The position numbers were made by a program, and so were the translations under genes. From assembly GCA_036749235.1 (NCBI GenBank), contig DAINYW010000020.1, forward strand, positions 1 through 29,288: 29,288 bases of DNA, written 5' to 3'. Positions 1-8,777 of the stretch are shown in pieces (positions within the stretch are counted from its first letter, which is position 1; every line of letters begins with the position of its first letter). Below the pieces are notes generated by a model, which was not told the origin of the DNA, made no database searches, and worked only from the letters and a program-made list of their open reading frames with translations. The stretch comes from Nitrosopumilaceae archaeon (lineage in GTDB: Archaea; Thermoproteota; Nitrososphaeria; Nitrososphaerales; Nitrosopumilaceae).

Positions 1-62
1 TGCCTTTTTGGAAAGCCAACGCCATCGATCCTTTTAGTTCCTTATATTAAGTTAACACGAAA

Positions 63-1238
63 TCAAAGTGCTTTTAGTTTCTCTTCAGCTACTTTGAGTG
101 CTTCTGGATTTGTCTTGTATCCCATCATGTCAAGTGTCGATGCTATTGCCGAGATAGTTCTCATGACATGATATCTCCCAACTTCACCCATGCATCCAAC
201 TCTGAATACTTTACCTTTGAGATCACCAAATCCACCTGCAACAAGAACTCTAAACTTTTCAGACAAAGTACCTCTGAATGCTTTATCATCAAGTCCTTGC
301 AGATAGTTCAACGCAATTACAACTGTTGAGCGAGCATCTTCATTTGCAAAAGGTGTAAGACCCAACGCACCGAGTCCGTTGTAAAGTGCATCTGAACAGA
401 TTCGGTGTCTTCTTACTCGGTTGTCCATTCCCTCTTCCAAGATAATGTCGAGTGCCTCTCTGTATGCATAAAGTAATGGTAAAGCAGGAGTAAATGGTGT
501 CTCTTTGTTGTCGTCATAGTACTTGAAGTATCTTGCCATGTTAAAGTAGAATGTCGGAGGTGGATTTGCAATCATGTGCTTCTTTGCTCTTGGACTGATT
601 GTTATTGGTGAGATTCCTGGCGGGGCTGCAAGTGCCTTTTGTGCTCCTGCAACACATATATCAACTCCCCATTTGTCCATGTGGAATTCTTCTCCACCAA
701 GTATTGATACCCCATCTACCACATAGAATGAATCGTTTCTTGAAGTAAGCCCTGAAATTTTATCAAGATATCTTACCATGGTGCCTGTGGAAGTTTCATT
801 CCATACAACATAGAATGCTTTCACATCTTTGTTGTTGTCAAAAGCCTCTTTTACTTGCTCAAAACTGGCATTTTGTCCAAAGGGCGTAGCAAGTCGTATC
901 ACATTTGCGCCCTGCCATTCTAACATGGTTGCTAATCTCCCACTGAATTCGCCATTGACTGGAATTATTACCTTATCGCCTTTTTTGATCATGTTTACAA
1001 CCGATGCCTCAACTGCTCCCGTGCCAGACGCGCTAAGTGCTACTACATCGCCTCTAGTATCAAATACCTTTTGCGTCTTTTCAACAACATCGGTGTATAA
1101 TTTTACGAAATCTTTGCTCCGATGATTTATCATGTGAGTAAACATCGCTCGTGTTACTCTTTCCGGAACATTTGTAGGTCCGGGTAGCATTACTAAATAT
1201 TCCAAATAAATTCTCCAATCTTTACGATTAACACCCAT
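63..1238 (-). CDS. Class V (AGXT/SGAT-type) PLP-dependent aminotransferase
   Basis: 391-aa ORF with an N-terminal LPGPTNVP motif and a PLP-lysine context (GAQKALAAPPG). Full-length resemblance to serine-glyoxylate, serine-pyruvate and phosphoserine aminotransferases. A TATA-like 12-mer abuts ATG 1238, so the ATG at 1190 (MLPGPT...) may be the true start. Confidence 0.85.
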   Translation of the reverse strand: MGVNRKDWRIYLEYLVMLPGPTNVPERVTRAMFTHMINHRSKDFVKLYTDVVEKTQKVFDTRGDVVALSASGTGAVEASVVNMIKKGDKVIIPVNGEFSGRLATMLEWQGANVIRLATPFGQNASFEQVKEAFDNNKDVKAFYVVWNETSTGTMVRYLDKISGLTSRNDSFYVVDGVSILGGEEFHMDKWGVDICVAGAQKALAAPPGISPITISPRAKKHMIANPPPTFYFNMARYFKYYDDNKETPFTPALPLLYAYREALDIILEEGMDNRVRRHRICSDALYNGLGALGLTPFANEDARSTVVIALNYLQGLDDKAFRGTLSEKFRVLVAGGFGDLKGKVFRVGCMGEVGRYHVMRTISAIASTLDMMGYKTNPEALKVAEEKLKAL

Positions 1239-1250
1239 TATTTATAATTA
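1239..1250 (-). promoter_or_regulatory. TATA-box-like 12-mer (minus strand taattataaata)
   Basis: Plus-strand tatttataatta lies directly upstream of the aminotransferase gene. The identical 12-mer recurs at 5199-5210 upstream of the methyltransferase gene. Function is inferred from archaeal promoter architecture only. Confidence 0.4.
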
Positions 1251-1436
1251 AAGTCAACCAATATTGATCGTATTTCAGGCTTTAGATAGCAAGTGGAATT
1301 CCCGTTTTCTAAGTTCAACAATATTTCCATGGGAGCTCGTTCATTCAGGCTACGAATTACCTGCAAACGAGTGCATTGACAAAGACTAAAAATGTAATCC
1401 CCCTCTCAGAAGGCGGATTGGTGCGTAACTAGCGTT

Positions 1437-1446
1437 ATGATGTCGT
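1437..1446. repeat. Direct repeat copy 1 (atgatgtcgt)
   Basis: Perfect 10-mer identical to 2271-2280. With flanks the match is gtNatgatgtcgt, 12 of 13 positions. Confidence 0.9.
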
Positions 1447-1466
1447 TATGATTTGTTGGAGAGATC

Positions 1467-2609
1467 TTATCGAATATTAGCTCCTATAGTAATGTTGATT
1501 CCTCCATCTGGATTGCGAGATATAGTTTGCCCAGTGACTGGTTCTGTATACCAAACTTGGTCCACACCATTTGTTTTCCACCCATGAGACGCTAGATAAT
1601 TTTTGATTTCAGTTGCAAATTGAAGAGCTTCTTGATCACCACCTACTGATACAATGTTAATTACTTTTGTTTTGTTTTCTGGCAGGTGTGGAATAAGAGC
1701 CGTGATCCACTGAGCGTTCAAATGACGCACTTGTGAACCGAGATTGAGTGTAGCATTCGGACCAACGTTAACAGTACCTGCCGTTATACCTCCTGATTGA
1801 TCAATAGATAAAGCTGTGTTCGATGAATTTTTTACACTAATGCTGATATTGTTATGCCCATTTTTTTCGATAGGATCGAGTATATTTTCAGAATTTACAA
1901 TTATTGTTGTTACGGTAGCGACGGCACCTAATATTATCAGAAAATTGCGGACAATACGAGATTTTTTCCCCTTAAACGGGTGATCATTGATTGATACAGA
2001 TCTTGCAGGCTTTTCATCTTTTTCAGCTTGTTCTAACTGTTTTAGCTTCTCAATGCCCCAGGTGTTTATACTAATTAGTAGCCATCTATTATCGGCAGCA
2101 CGACCGAAGACTGTCACCCAATCGTTTAGGTCTGCCCTGTTACCCTGTTCTTTAACTTGTTTAGGAGTCAATCGAGTCAGCTGCGTCAATTGTTCAGGGA
2201 TAAATTTGTTGCTGCGGTTCTCCAGCCCACCTTTATACAAACACGTTAGCAATATTCTAAGGCTTTTGTCATGATGTCGTGCCTCTAAGGCATATCTGTA
2301 AGAATCTGGTAGATGATCTAGCATTTTTTCTAGCTTATCTTTTGCTTCATTGTATGAGAGTGAGGGAGGTAGTTGAATCACTATTGTTTTCAGTTTTGTT
2401 CCTAGTGGTCTCACAGCTTGCAGAAACCTGTCCAGATGTGGTGTTGGTTCGAGTCTTCCCTCATGAGTTATCGCCTTTGGAAGTTTTGCAGTAAAAACAA
2501 AATTGCCCGGTGGGTCATTATGCCATTTCTGAGTCATTGCCTGACTTGGTATATTGTAAAAGGTAGTGTTGATTTCGGTAATATCAAAAATTGATGCGTA
2601 GTGTTTCAT
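1467..2609 (-). CDS. Chimeric ORF: DUF72 N-terminal fragment fused in frame to an orphan single-pass membrane protein
   Basis: 380-aa ORF. Residues 1 to about 113 are DUF72-like. The rest is unrelated: a helical segment, a KKSRIVRNFLIILGAVATVTTIIV transmembrane helix, and an Asn/Gly/Thr-rich C-terminal domain of about 140 aa. Expression as a fusion is uncertain. Internal TTG codons (for example 2189) after a TATA-like tgtataaagg could give an independent start. Confidence 0.5.
   Translation of the reverse strand: MKHYASIFDITEINTTFYNIPSQAMTQKWHNDPPGNFVFTAKLPKAITHEGRLEPTPHLDRFLQAVRPLGTKLKTIVIQLPPSLSYNEAKDKLEKMLDHLPDSYRYALEARHHDKSLRILLTCLYKGGLENRSNKFIPEQLTQLTRLTPKQVKEQGNRADLNDWVTVFGRAADNRWLLISINTWGIEKLKQLEQAEKDEKPARSVSINDHPFKGKKSRIVRNFLIILGAVATVTTIIVNSENILDPIEKNGHNNISISVKNSSNTALSIDQSGGITAGTVNVGPNATLNLGSQVRHLNAQWITALIPHLPENKTKVINIVSVGGDQEALQFATEIKNYLASHGWKTNGVDQVWYTEPVTGQTISRNPDGGINITIGANIR
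2271..2280. repeat. Direct repeat copy 2 (atgatgtcgt)
   Basis: Perfect 10-mer identical to 1437-1446. On the minus strand it encodes the RHH of the DUF72 EARHH motif, exactly at the point where family similarity ends. Confidence 0.9.
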
Positions 2610-3039
2610 GTGTTATGATTGTGGCATCTTTTTTGGATAAAATGGTCCTATCCAACCGTGATAACTCCAACCAGTGCAACCAATTTTTAATTCCAATGGA
2701 TAGGGATTATCGGTTTACAAAATGTACTTTTCGCTCTATTTCAGCATCATTACGTTTGAAGGATGGACAGATGTTAGATTTGTAAAGATAAAAGTTCCAC
2801 CAGTCAGATTGACAGGGAATACATTTTCTTTGATTCCAAGCGGTATCATACAGAAACCTAGCTGTGTGGTATCGCTCATCAGACTGTTTTTTGAAATGAT
2901 ATTCGAACCAGAGCCAAATATGGAAAACCTGAAAATTTTTTAAAAAGTGCGATACTTGTAATGGGTTATTTATGTGAAGAAATTCAACATATTACAGAAA
3001 TATTGAAAAAGAATAGGAGTTTGTCTTCTGCTGAAGTGT

Positions 3040-4332
3040 TCATGAGTTATATCCACACTCTTTTTTCAGTATTTGATCAAGATCAGAAGATATCTTCTCT
3101 AGAGAAAATTTTTTCAATACAGCTACACAGTTATTTTCCATTATTTGTAACATTGTGGGAGAGTTTTTGAAATCTTTGATATCAGATGCAAGTTTTGCTA
3201 CATTCGCTGATGTTACGGTACGACCTATGCCATTAGAATTTATTATTTTTGCAAGTTCTCCTTCACATACTCCTATCATAGGCTTTTTACTTGCAAGATA
3301 TTCGTAGAATTTTATTGGCATCACTATTTGAAAGATCGGTTCTGGAGATAACATTATTGTGCAGACGTCAACCGATGAGATAATAACTGGTATAAGATCT
3401 CTTGGTTGACTGGGTAGCAGATAGCAATTTTCTAGTTCCATCTCCGTTTTAAGCTGTTTCAGTATGTGTTTTTCCTCTCCTTCCCCAATTATTACAATTA
3501 CAATTTCATTTTCAGACTTCAATTTTTCTGCTGCATAAGCAAGATTTTCAAGCTGCTGCATTTTAGCAATTGAACCGAGGTGCAAAACTATGAATTTGTT
3601 GTTAAATTCGGACGGAAATATTTGTCTTTTAATCAATTCCATTCTGGAATTATTTTTTATGCGTATTGGAAATTCACTAGTATCTACTCCTGCAAAAAGA
3701 CAGTACACTGGTTTTTTTGGGTGGTATTTTTTAGATATAAGATTGATGGCAAGATCACTTAACGTAACTATAATGTGTGGTAACTTGTATGCCAGTTTTG
3801 CCAGTGCTTTACCAACTGGCATTATTATAAAAGATAAACTTGGTTTGGCATGTACCAGTTCTTCGGGCCATAAATCTGGCATTTCTAGGATGAAAAAAGA
3901 TCTTGTACATTTTGCGTAGATAAACCCAATGAATGCTGAAAATAAAATTGGTGATCTGGCGTATGTTATACCTATCGTACCCGTGATTTTCAAAATTTGC
4001 GGCATAAACAAAAGCGTTATAAAAATGAAATTCAAAAATAGTATGAATCGATTTGTTAAGCCAGTATGCGTTATCGGAATTAGCCTTAACCTAATTACAA
4101 TAAACGGTTCTAATTTTTCAACGTAAAATAACTTTCCTTTATACTTTGAATCAGATACCTTTCCCATTGGAAATGATGGAAAACCACATAAGACAAATAC
4201 CGAGAACCCTATTTTATGAAAGATCATCGCTCTGTTCCAAGCGAGAGTTGATTCACCACTTATTTCAGGTCGAAAATACATGCTAATAATTAATACTGAC
4301 CGTACTCTAGTTATTTTGTCGTGGATGTTCAT
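3040..4332 (-). CDS. Glycosyltransferase, GT4 / group 1 family (WbuB/WcaI-like)
   Basis: 430 aa. The N-terminus ISMYFRPEISGES is typical of the WbuB-like subgroup. The C-terminal GT1 core includes GEGEEK...L and FYEYLASKKPMIG. Confidence 0.8.
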   Translation of the reverse strand: MNIHDKITRVRSVLIISMYFRPEISGESTLAWNRAMIFHKIGFSVFVLCGFPSFPMGKVSDSKYKGKLFYVEKLEPFIVIRLRLIPITHTGLTNRFILFLNFIFITLLFMPQILKITGTIGITYARSPILFSAFIGFIYAKCTRSFFILEMPDLWPEELVHAKPSLSFIIMPVGKALAKLAYKLPHIIVTLSDLAINLISKKYHPKKPVYCLFAGVDTSEFPIRIKNNSRMELIKRQIFPSEFNNKFIVLHLGSIAKMQQLENLAYAAEKLKSENEIVIVIIGEGEEKHILKQLKTEMELENCYLLPSQPRDLIPVIISSVDVCTIMLSPEPIFQIVMPIKFYEYLASKKPMIGVCEGELAKIINSNGIGRTVTSANVAKLASDIKDFKNSPTMLQIMENNCVAVLKKFSLEKISSDLDQILKKECGYNS

Positions 4333-4482
4333 CCTCTAATGCCTCTGAAAGTTAACCATTTGTTTGTTAGCATGTACTATGATAACATCACATAATTATA
4401 TTTCCATGATTTACCATATGGGTAATTAGAGGCAGGGGTTTGGTTAGCAAATATTCCAGTACAAACTTGCCCTAACTGCAAT

Positions 4483-5172
4483 TTAGTCTACCTCTGAAAT
4501 TACAATCCATCCAACACGCAACAATGTACCTTGTGGCACTGGAATTATTTTGATTTTTTCTATTCCTATATCTGAATAAATTTTTTTCAGTTCTCCTTTC
4601 GTATAAAAGAAAACAGGACAATTTCGCTTACTTAACCATATTTTTCGTAAAGGTGTCTGAAAAGCAAACTTGGCTGGATAGTCAGCAATTATTTTGGTTG
4701 TAGTAATCTTCTTTATTTTCCTTAGATATGGTATGGGATCTTTAATGTAATGAAATACCCCTAAAGCGATAGAAATGTCGTATCTCTTATCCTCTGGAAA
4801 ATCGTTCATAAAATCAGAATGTATGAACTCAACATTATAAACTAGATTTAATTTTTGTTGAGACTTTTTTGCAAGTTCAATCATGTTTCTAGCATAGTCT
4901 ATTCCTACAACCTTCATGCATTCCTTTGCAAAAAGAAAGCTGACTCTTCCAGAACCACATCCAATATCCAATACTGATTTGCCTTTGAGTGGACGTGACT
5001 CTTGAATAGCGATAGGACCACGTTCAAGCATGTCTTTTCTGAATAGTTTGTTTGTGATTCTGATAGGTAAACTTCCCTTATTTTCATATATATCGTCGAA
5101 TTCTTCTGCAATCTTGTCAAAGTAATGTCTTACTTTTTCATCATCTGTATTTTTCCCGAAATCTACTCTCAA
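4483..5172 (-). CDS. Class I SAM-dependent methyltransferase
   Basis: 229 aa with motif I VLDIGCGSGRVS and a downstream VVGIDYA acidic loop. Uses a TTG start. Confidence 0.8.
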   Translation of the reverse strand: MRVDFGKNTDDEKVRHYFDKIAEEFDDIYENKGSLPIRITNKLFRKDMLERGPIAIQESRPLKGKSVLDIGCGSGRVSFLFAKECMKVVGIDYARNMIELAKKSQQKLNLVYNVEFIHSDFMNDFPEDKRYDISIALGVFHYIKDPIPYLRKIKKITTTKIIADYPAKFAFQTPLRKIWLSKRNCPVFFYTKGELKKIYSDIGIEKIKIIPVPQGTLLRVGWIVISEVD

Positions 5173-5198
5173 TCTTAAAATGTATTATCTATGTCTTC

Positions 5199-5210
5199 TA
5201 TTTATAATTA
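5199..5210 (-). promoter_or_regulatory. TATA-box-like 12-mer (minus strand taattataaata)
   Basis: Same 12-mer as 1239-1250. Its proximal edge is 27 nt upstream of the TTG start at 5172, a spacing that fits a near-leaderless archaeal transcript. Confidence 0.45.
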
Positions 5211-5344
5211 GCAAATTGAAATAATCAAAGAGAGGTTGTTGATGGAAATTATTCGTTTTTTAATTCTAAACAGGTATAATTAACACAGATTCCAAAAACT
5301 AACCTCAAGTCATTGTTATAAGTCCCTCTTGCTACAGCTATTAC

Positions 5345-6271
5345 TTGAGTAAAATCCTTGTTACTGGAGCAGAAGGCATGATTGGAAAGATGCTCTGTTC
5401 TAAACTGAACAAGAATCACAAGATAGTCAAGTTTGACTTGAAGTTAGGGCATGATATTCTAAGAAGATCTCAGCTCGAGAAAGCAATCAAGGGCTGTACT
5501 GGAGTAATACATCTTGCTGCAATGTCACGAGTGGTAGATGCTCACAAGCATCCTCTTGAGTCAGTTAAGAACAATATTTTGGGAACTGCAAACGTTTTGG
5601 AATGCATCAGGACTATTAATCCAAAAATTTGGTGCATTTACGCAAGTTCTCGAGAGGTATATGGTGAGTCAAGGAAAAAAATCAAGGAAAGTAGAGCATT
5701 AAATCCGATAAATGTCTATGCAGTCACAAAGCTTTCAGGGGAATGGTTAATGAAAACATATGAAAAAAATTATGGGATAGTGTGTTATAGAGTACGATTC
5801 TCTAATGTTTATGGAGGAATTAACGATATTATAGATAGGGTAACTCCTAGATTCATTATTCAAGCTTTACATGGTAAGGATCTAACTGTGAATGGTGGAA
5901 CGCAAACTTTTGATTTTACTCATGTTGACGATGTAACCGATGGTATAGTCAAGTTGGTAAATAAAATAACGATAGGCAAGGCTAATAGTAAGGTTTACCA
6001 CTTTGTAACTGGAAGAGGTACAAATTTAATGGAACTTGCAAACACTATAATAAAAATTACAAACTCAAAGTCCAAAATAGCAAAAATGCCAAGCAGATTC
6101 TATGATGTAGAGCACTTCATCGGAGATCCTTCCTTGACAAGAAAAGAGCTCAACTGGGAAGCCAAAATCTCCCTTGAAAAGGGACTAAAAAAATACTTAT
6201 CGCTTTTTGATACACATAAAAAGATGCCGCCTCCTCCATATTTTCGACAAGCAAGGTTCAGTAAAAAGTGA
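5345..6271 (+). CDS. NAD-dependent nucleotide-sugar epimerase/dehydratase (extended SDR)
   Basis: 308 aa with a Rossmann motif VTGAEGMIG and the catalytic YxxxK (YAVTKLSGE). Uses a TTG start. Confidence 0.85.
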   Translation: MSKILVTGAEGMIGKMLCSKLNKNHKIVKFDLKLGHDILRRSQLEKAIKGCTGVIHLAAMSRVVDAHKHPLESVKNNILGTANVLECIRTINPKIWCIYASSREVYGESRKKIKESRALNPINVYAVTKLSGEWLMKTYEKNYGIVCYRVRFSNVYGGINDIIDRVTPRFIIQALHGKDLTVNGGTQTFDFTHVDDVTDGIVKLVNKITIGKANSKVYHFVTGRGTNLMELANTIIKITNSKSKIAKMPSRFYDVEHFIGDPSLTRKELNWEAKISLEKGLKKYLSLFDTHKKMPPPPYFRQARFSKK

Positions 6272-7707
6272 CACAAAACCTTGGAGATGTTTTAATATTG
6301 GGTGCTGGTCCGGCAGGGATGGCTGCTGCCATGGAGTTGACAAAAAATGGCGTAAAATTTGAAATCATAGAGAAAACTAATAGTGTTGGCGGGCTTGCAA
6401 AAACATTGCAATTCGGCGATTTCAAAACTGATATCGGCCCACATAGGTTTTTTAGCAAAAACCGATACCTTTACGACTTCGTCGAGGATCTTCTCGGAGA
6501 ACAATGGATAAAAGTAAAACGGGAAACCCACTTTTACATAGATAGAAAGTTCTTTGAATATCCTGTGGATGTTAGGGAATTACTAAATAAAATTCCTCAT
6601 CGAAAATTGCTTAAAATTGTCCTAGATTACTTTCAAAGTAAGATAAATTATAATGTGTTAAGAAAACCGGTGGATACATTTGAGGATTATGCACTACTTA
6701 ACTTTGGGCGTACATTAGCAGATTTCAATGTTCTGAACTATACGGAAAAAGTCTGGGGTCTACTACCATCAAAACTCTCACCTAACTGGGGTAAAAAGAG
6801 GATACAGGGTCTTTCGCTTTTTACCCTAGTGAAAAACGTGATACTCAAAACATCGGATTCCAAGACATTGGTAGACGAGTTTTTTTATCCTGAACTGGGA
6901 GCTGGTCTCATATATGAAAAAATAAAGGAACGAATAGAGTCCAAAGGGAATAGCATTTTTTACAATACACGCCCAATTTCAATAGGACATGACGGAAAAC
7001 GTATAACAAACATTTGCATCAGCGTAACCGATAAAGAAAACATAGTAAACCCAGATTATATCATATCGTCAATACCTATAACAGAACTAGTTACTTTATT
7101 TAATCCACAGGCACCACAAACTGTTCTTCGCGCAGCATCAAATCTGAAATGGCGTTCACAGGTTTATCTCTTCTTGACCATAAACAAAGAGTATGTTACC
7201 CGAGATAACTGGACGTATTTCCCAGAAAAACATATCCCATTTGGTAGGATATATGAGCCCAAGAATTTTAGTAAGAAGATGTCTCCTCCTAAAAAGACCT
7301 CATTACTGGTAGAATTTTTTTGTTGGCAAGATGACGATATCTTCAATGCCACAAAGGAAAAACTTTTGGATATTACCTTAGAACATATGGAAAAACTTGG
7401 ATTACTAACAAGAGGCGACGTAATCGATTCATTCACTTGGAAATTGAGATATGTGTATCCTGTATATGACATAGGCTACGAGAAGAACCTTGACAAAATT
7501 AAAGAGTTCTTGGATGGGTTTGAAAATCTTGAATATATAGGAAGGCCTGGCAGGTTTGTTTACACGAATCAGGATCACTCATTAGAGATGGGCATCATGG
7601 CTGCCAGAGGTGTTATTGAGCAAAAAAAATATAATATTGATGAAGTCGGTGCCAAACAAGAATATTTTGAAAAAGGGAACATACCCACTTTGTCACTTAA
7701 AACATAG
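6268..7707 (+). CDS. FAD/NAD(P)-binding oxidoreductase (amine-oxidase / UDP-galactopyranose-mutase-like)
   Basis: 479 aa with an N-terminal dinucleotide-binding fold VLILGAGPAGMAAAMEL...E. The GTG start overlaps the epimerase stop (GTGA), suggesting co-translation. Confidence 0.7.
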   Translation: MTQNLGDVLILGAGPAGMAAAMELTKNGVKFEIIEKTNSVGGLAKTLQFGDFKTDIGPHRFFSKNRYLYDFVEDLLGEQWIKVKRETHFYIDRKFFEYPVDVRELLNKIPHRKLLKIVLDYFQSKINYNVLRKPVDTFEDYALLNFGRTLADFNVLNYTEKVWGLLPSKLSPNWGKKRIQGLSLFTLVKNVILKTSDSKTLVDEFFYPELGAGLIYEKIKERIESKGNSIFYNTRPISIGHDGKRITNICISVTDKENIVNPDYIISSIPITELVTLFNPQAPQTVLRAASNLKWRSQVYLFLTINKEYVTRDNWTYFPEKHIPFGRIYEPKNFSKKMSPPKKTSLLVEFFCWQDDDIFNATKEKLLDITLEHMEKLGLLTRGDVIDSFTWKLRYVYPVYDIGYEKNLDKIKEFLDGFENLEYIGRPGRFVYTNQDHSLEMGIMAARGVIEQKKYNIDEVGAKQEYFEKGNIPTLSLKT

Positions 7708-7872
7708 GTATCTAAATTTAAACATCAACTATAACATAGCGGTTTTAGATAATCTTAGGATTTTAGATTGGTTGTCTTTTTATATCAACATCTATATTTT
7801 GTTGTAACATAATTTTACTGAAGCAAGGATCAGGTTGAAAAAAATTAAATTTGATGTAGAAATGTAAATTTT

Positions 7873-8520
7873 TTACCAATGAAGGAGTTTTGTTACATCG
7901 AAAACCTCTGCATATGCTGCACGTATTTGGAAACCCCTGAATGCACTTCTACTAATTACAGCCCTAACCCAAAGATTGCCATACCGTTTAATCTGAGTTT
8001 GATGGCATTGCAGGGCCTTTTTCTTCATATCGATTGTAGAACTTATATCAACATAAAGTCTAGGTTCAAAAGTTATATCAGTAATCAAACTTGGGATTGT
8101 GGTTTCATACATTAAAACATTATTTATCCTACGTGAAGCTGCTAATACACATCTGGTCAAAATTTGATGATCCTGATGGGAATCTCCAATCCATTGAGTA
8201 AAAATCACATCGGGTTCATGTGTTCCAATAAGTTTGTCCAATCGACTTACGAGTGTTCTATTAAACATGAATTCTCCTGGCTGGAGATTAAGAAATTCCG
8301 GAGTACTGCATCCTAGTATTTTTGCCCCTCTTGTTGCCTCTAACTCTCTTTCCGATACCATGGTTCCCGAAGAATCAGTATTAGCTATAACAAGATTCAT
8401 TTCATATCCCATTTTTACAAGTTTAGCTACTGTTCCACCCATTCCAATTTCTATATCATCTGGATGAGCACCAAATACCATTGCCACTGGTTTTTTTTTC
8501 TTTGATTTTATTTTTTTCAT
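7873..8520 (-). CDS. PIG-L / LmbE family N-acetylglucosaminyl deacetylase
   Basis: 215 aa with the family motifs AHPDDIEIGMGGT and HQDH. Confidence 0.85.
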   Translation of the reverse strand: MKKIKSKKKKPVAMVFGAHPDDIEIGMGGTVAKLVKMGYEMNLVIANTDSSGTMVSERELEATRGAKILGCSTPEFLNLQPGEFMFNRTLVSRLDKLIGTHEPDVIFTQWIGDSHQDHQILTRCVLAASRRINNVLMYETTIPSLITDITFEPRLYVDISSTIDMKKKALQCHQTQIKRYGNLWVRAVISRSAFRGFQIRAAYAEVFDVTKLLHW

Positions 8521-8655
8521 TCCTATGAATTTACTGTGTTTCCAATAATGAAATTAATAAATTAGTATTAATAAGTTCAAGAGATAATATTATTCTTATT
8601 AATTTTAGGTTGTTTTTTAGCAATCGCGTGATAGCAAATAAGCAGATTTTTGGCT

Positions 8656-8763
8656 TCAAAAAAGGGGTAAACCATTTTTATCGACAAAAAATATTGGTAC
8701 AAGGACAATACTAAAGCCAGTTATAACTATTAGTCCAGTCGCAATTACAGCGACTATCTTCAT
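8656..8763 (-). CDS. Possible 35-aa single-pass membrane peptide
   Basis: Internal ATG of track ORF 8656..8913 gives MKIVAVIATGLIVITGFSIVLVPIFFVDKNGLPLF. It starts 15 nt after the dehydrogenase stop. There is no family support. Confidence 0.25.
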   Translation of the reverse strand: MKIVAVIATGLIVITGFSIVLVPIFFVDKNGLPLF

Positions 8764-8777
8764 TGCATGAATGCTGT

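Larger units (their letters stand above)
1357..2696 (-). pseudogene. DUF72 (YecE-like) family gene, decayed: in-frame TAA, 834-bp insertion, frameshifted and truncated 3' part
   Basis: The minus strand from TTG 2696 reads MELKIGCTGWSYHGWIGPFYPKKMPQS-TAA-HMKHYASIFDITEINTTFY...IVIQLPPS...YALEARHH, which carries the DUF72 landmarks. The family signal stops at about 2271. It resumes after the second copy of the 10-mer at 1446 as RHHNASYAPIRLL, then in another frame as ERGITFLVFVNALV, ending at a stop at 1357-1359. Confidence 0.6.

Noticed and set aside
829-1125. 98-aa plus-strand ORF
   Set aside because: It is fully antisense to the well-supported aminotransferase gene, has low-complexity Ser/Thr/Phe-rich composition, and shows no motifs.
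1470-2258. Possible terminal inverted repeats of the insertion (cgaatattagct at 1470-1481 versus agcaatattcta at 2247-2258)
   Set aside because: The match needs an indel and is built around the self-palindromic aatatt. It sits at unequal distances (24 nt versus 12 nt) from the direct repeats. It is likely chance in AT-rich DNA.
7708-7872. Short repeats (ttttagat x2, aacatag x2) and A/T stems between two convergent genes
   Set aside because: These are 7-8-mers in very AT-rich DNA, expected by chance. They probably just reflect T-rich archaeal termination signals.
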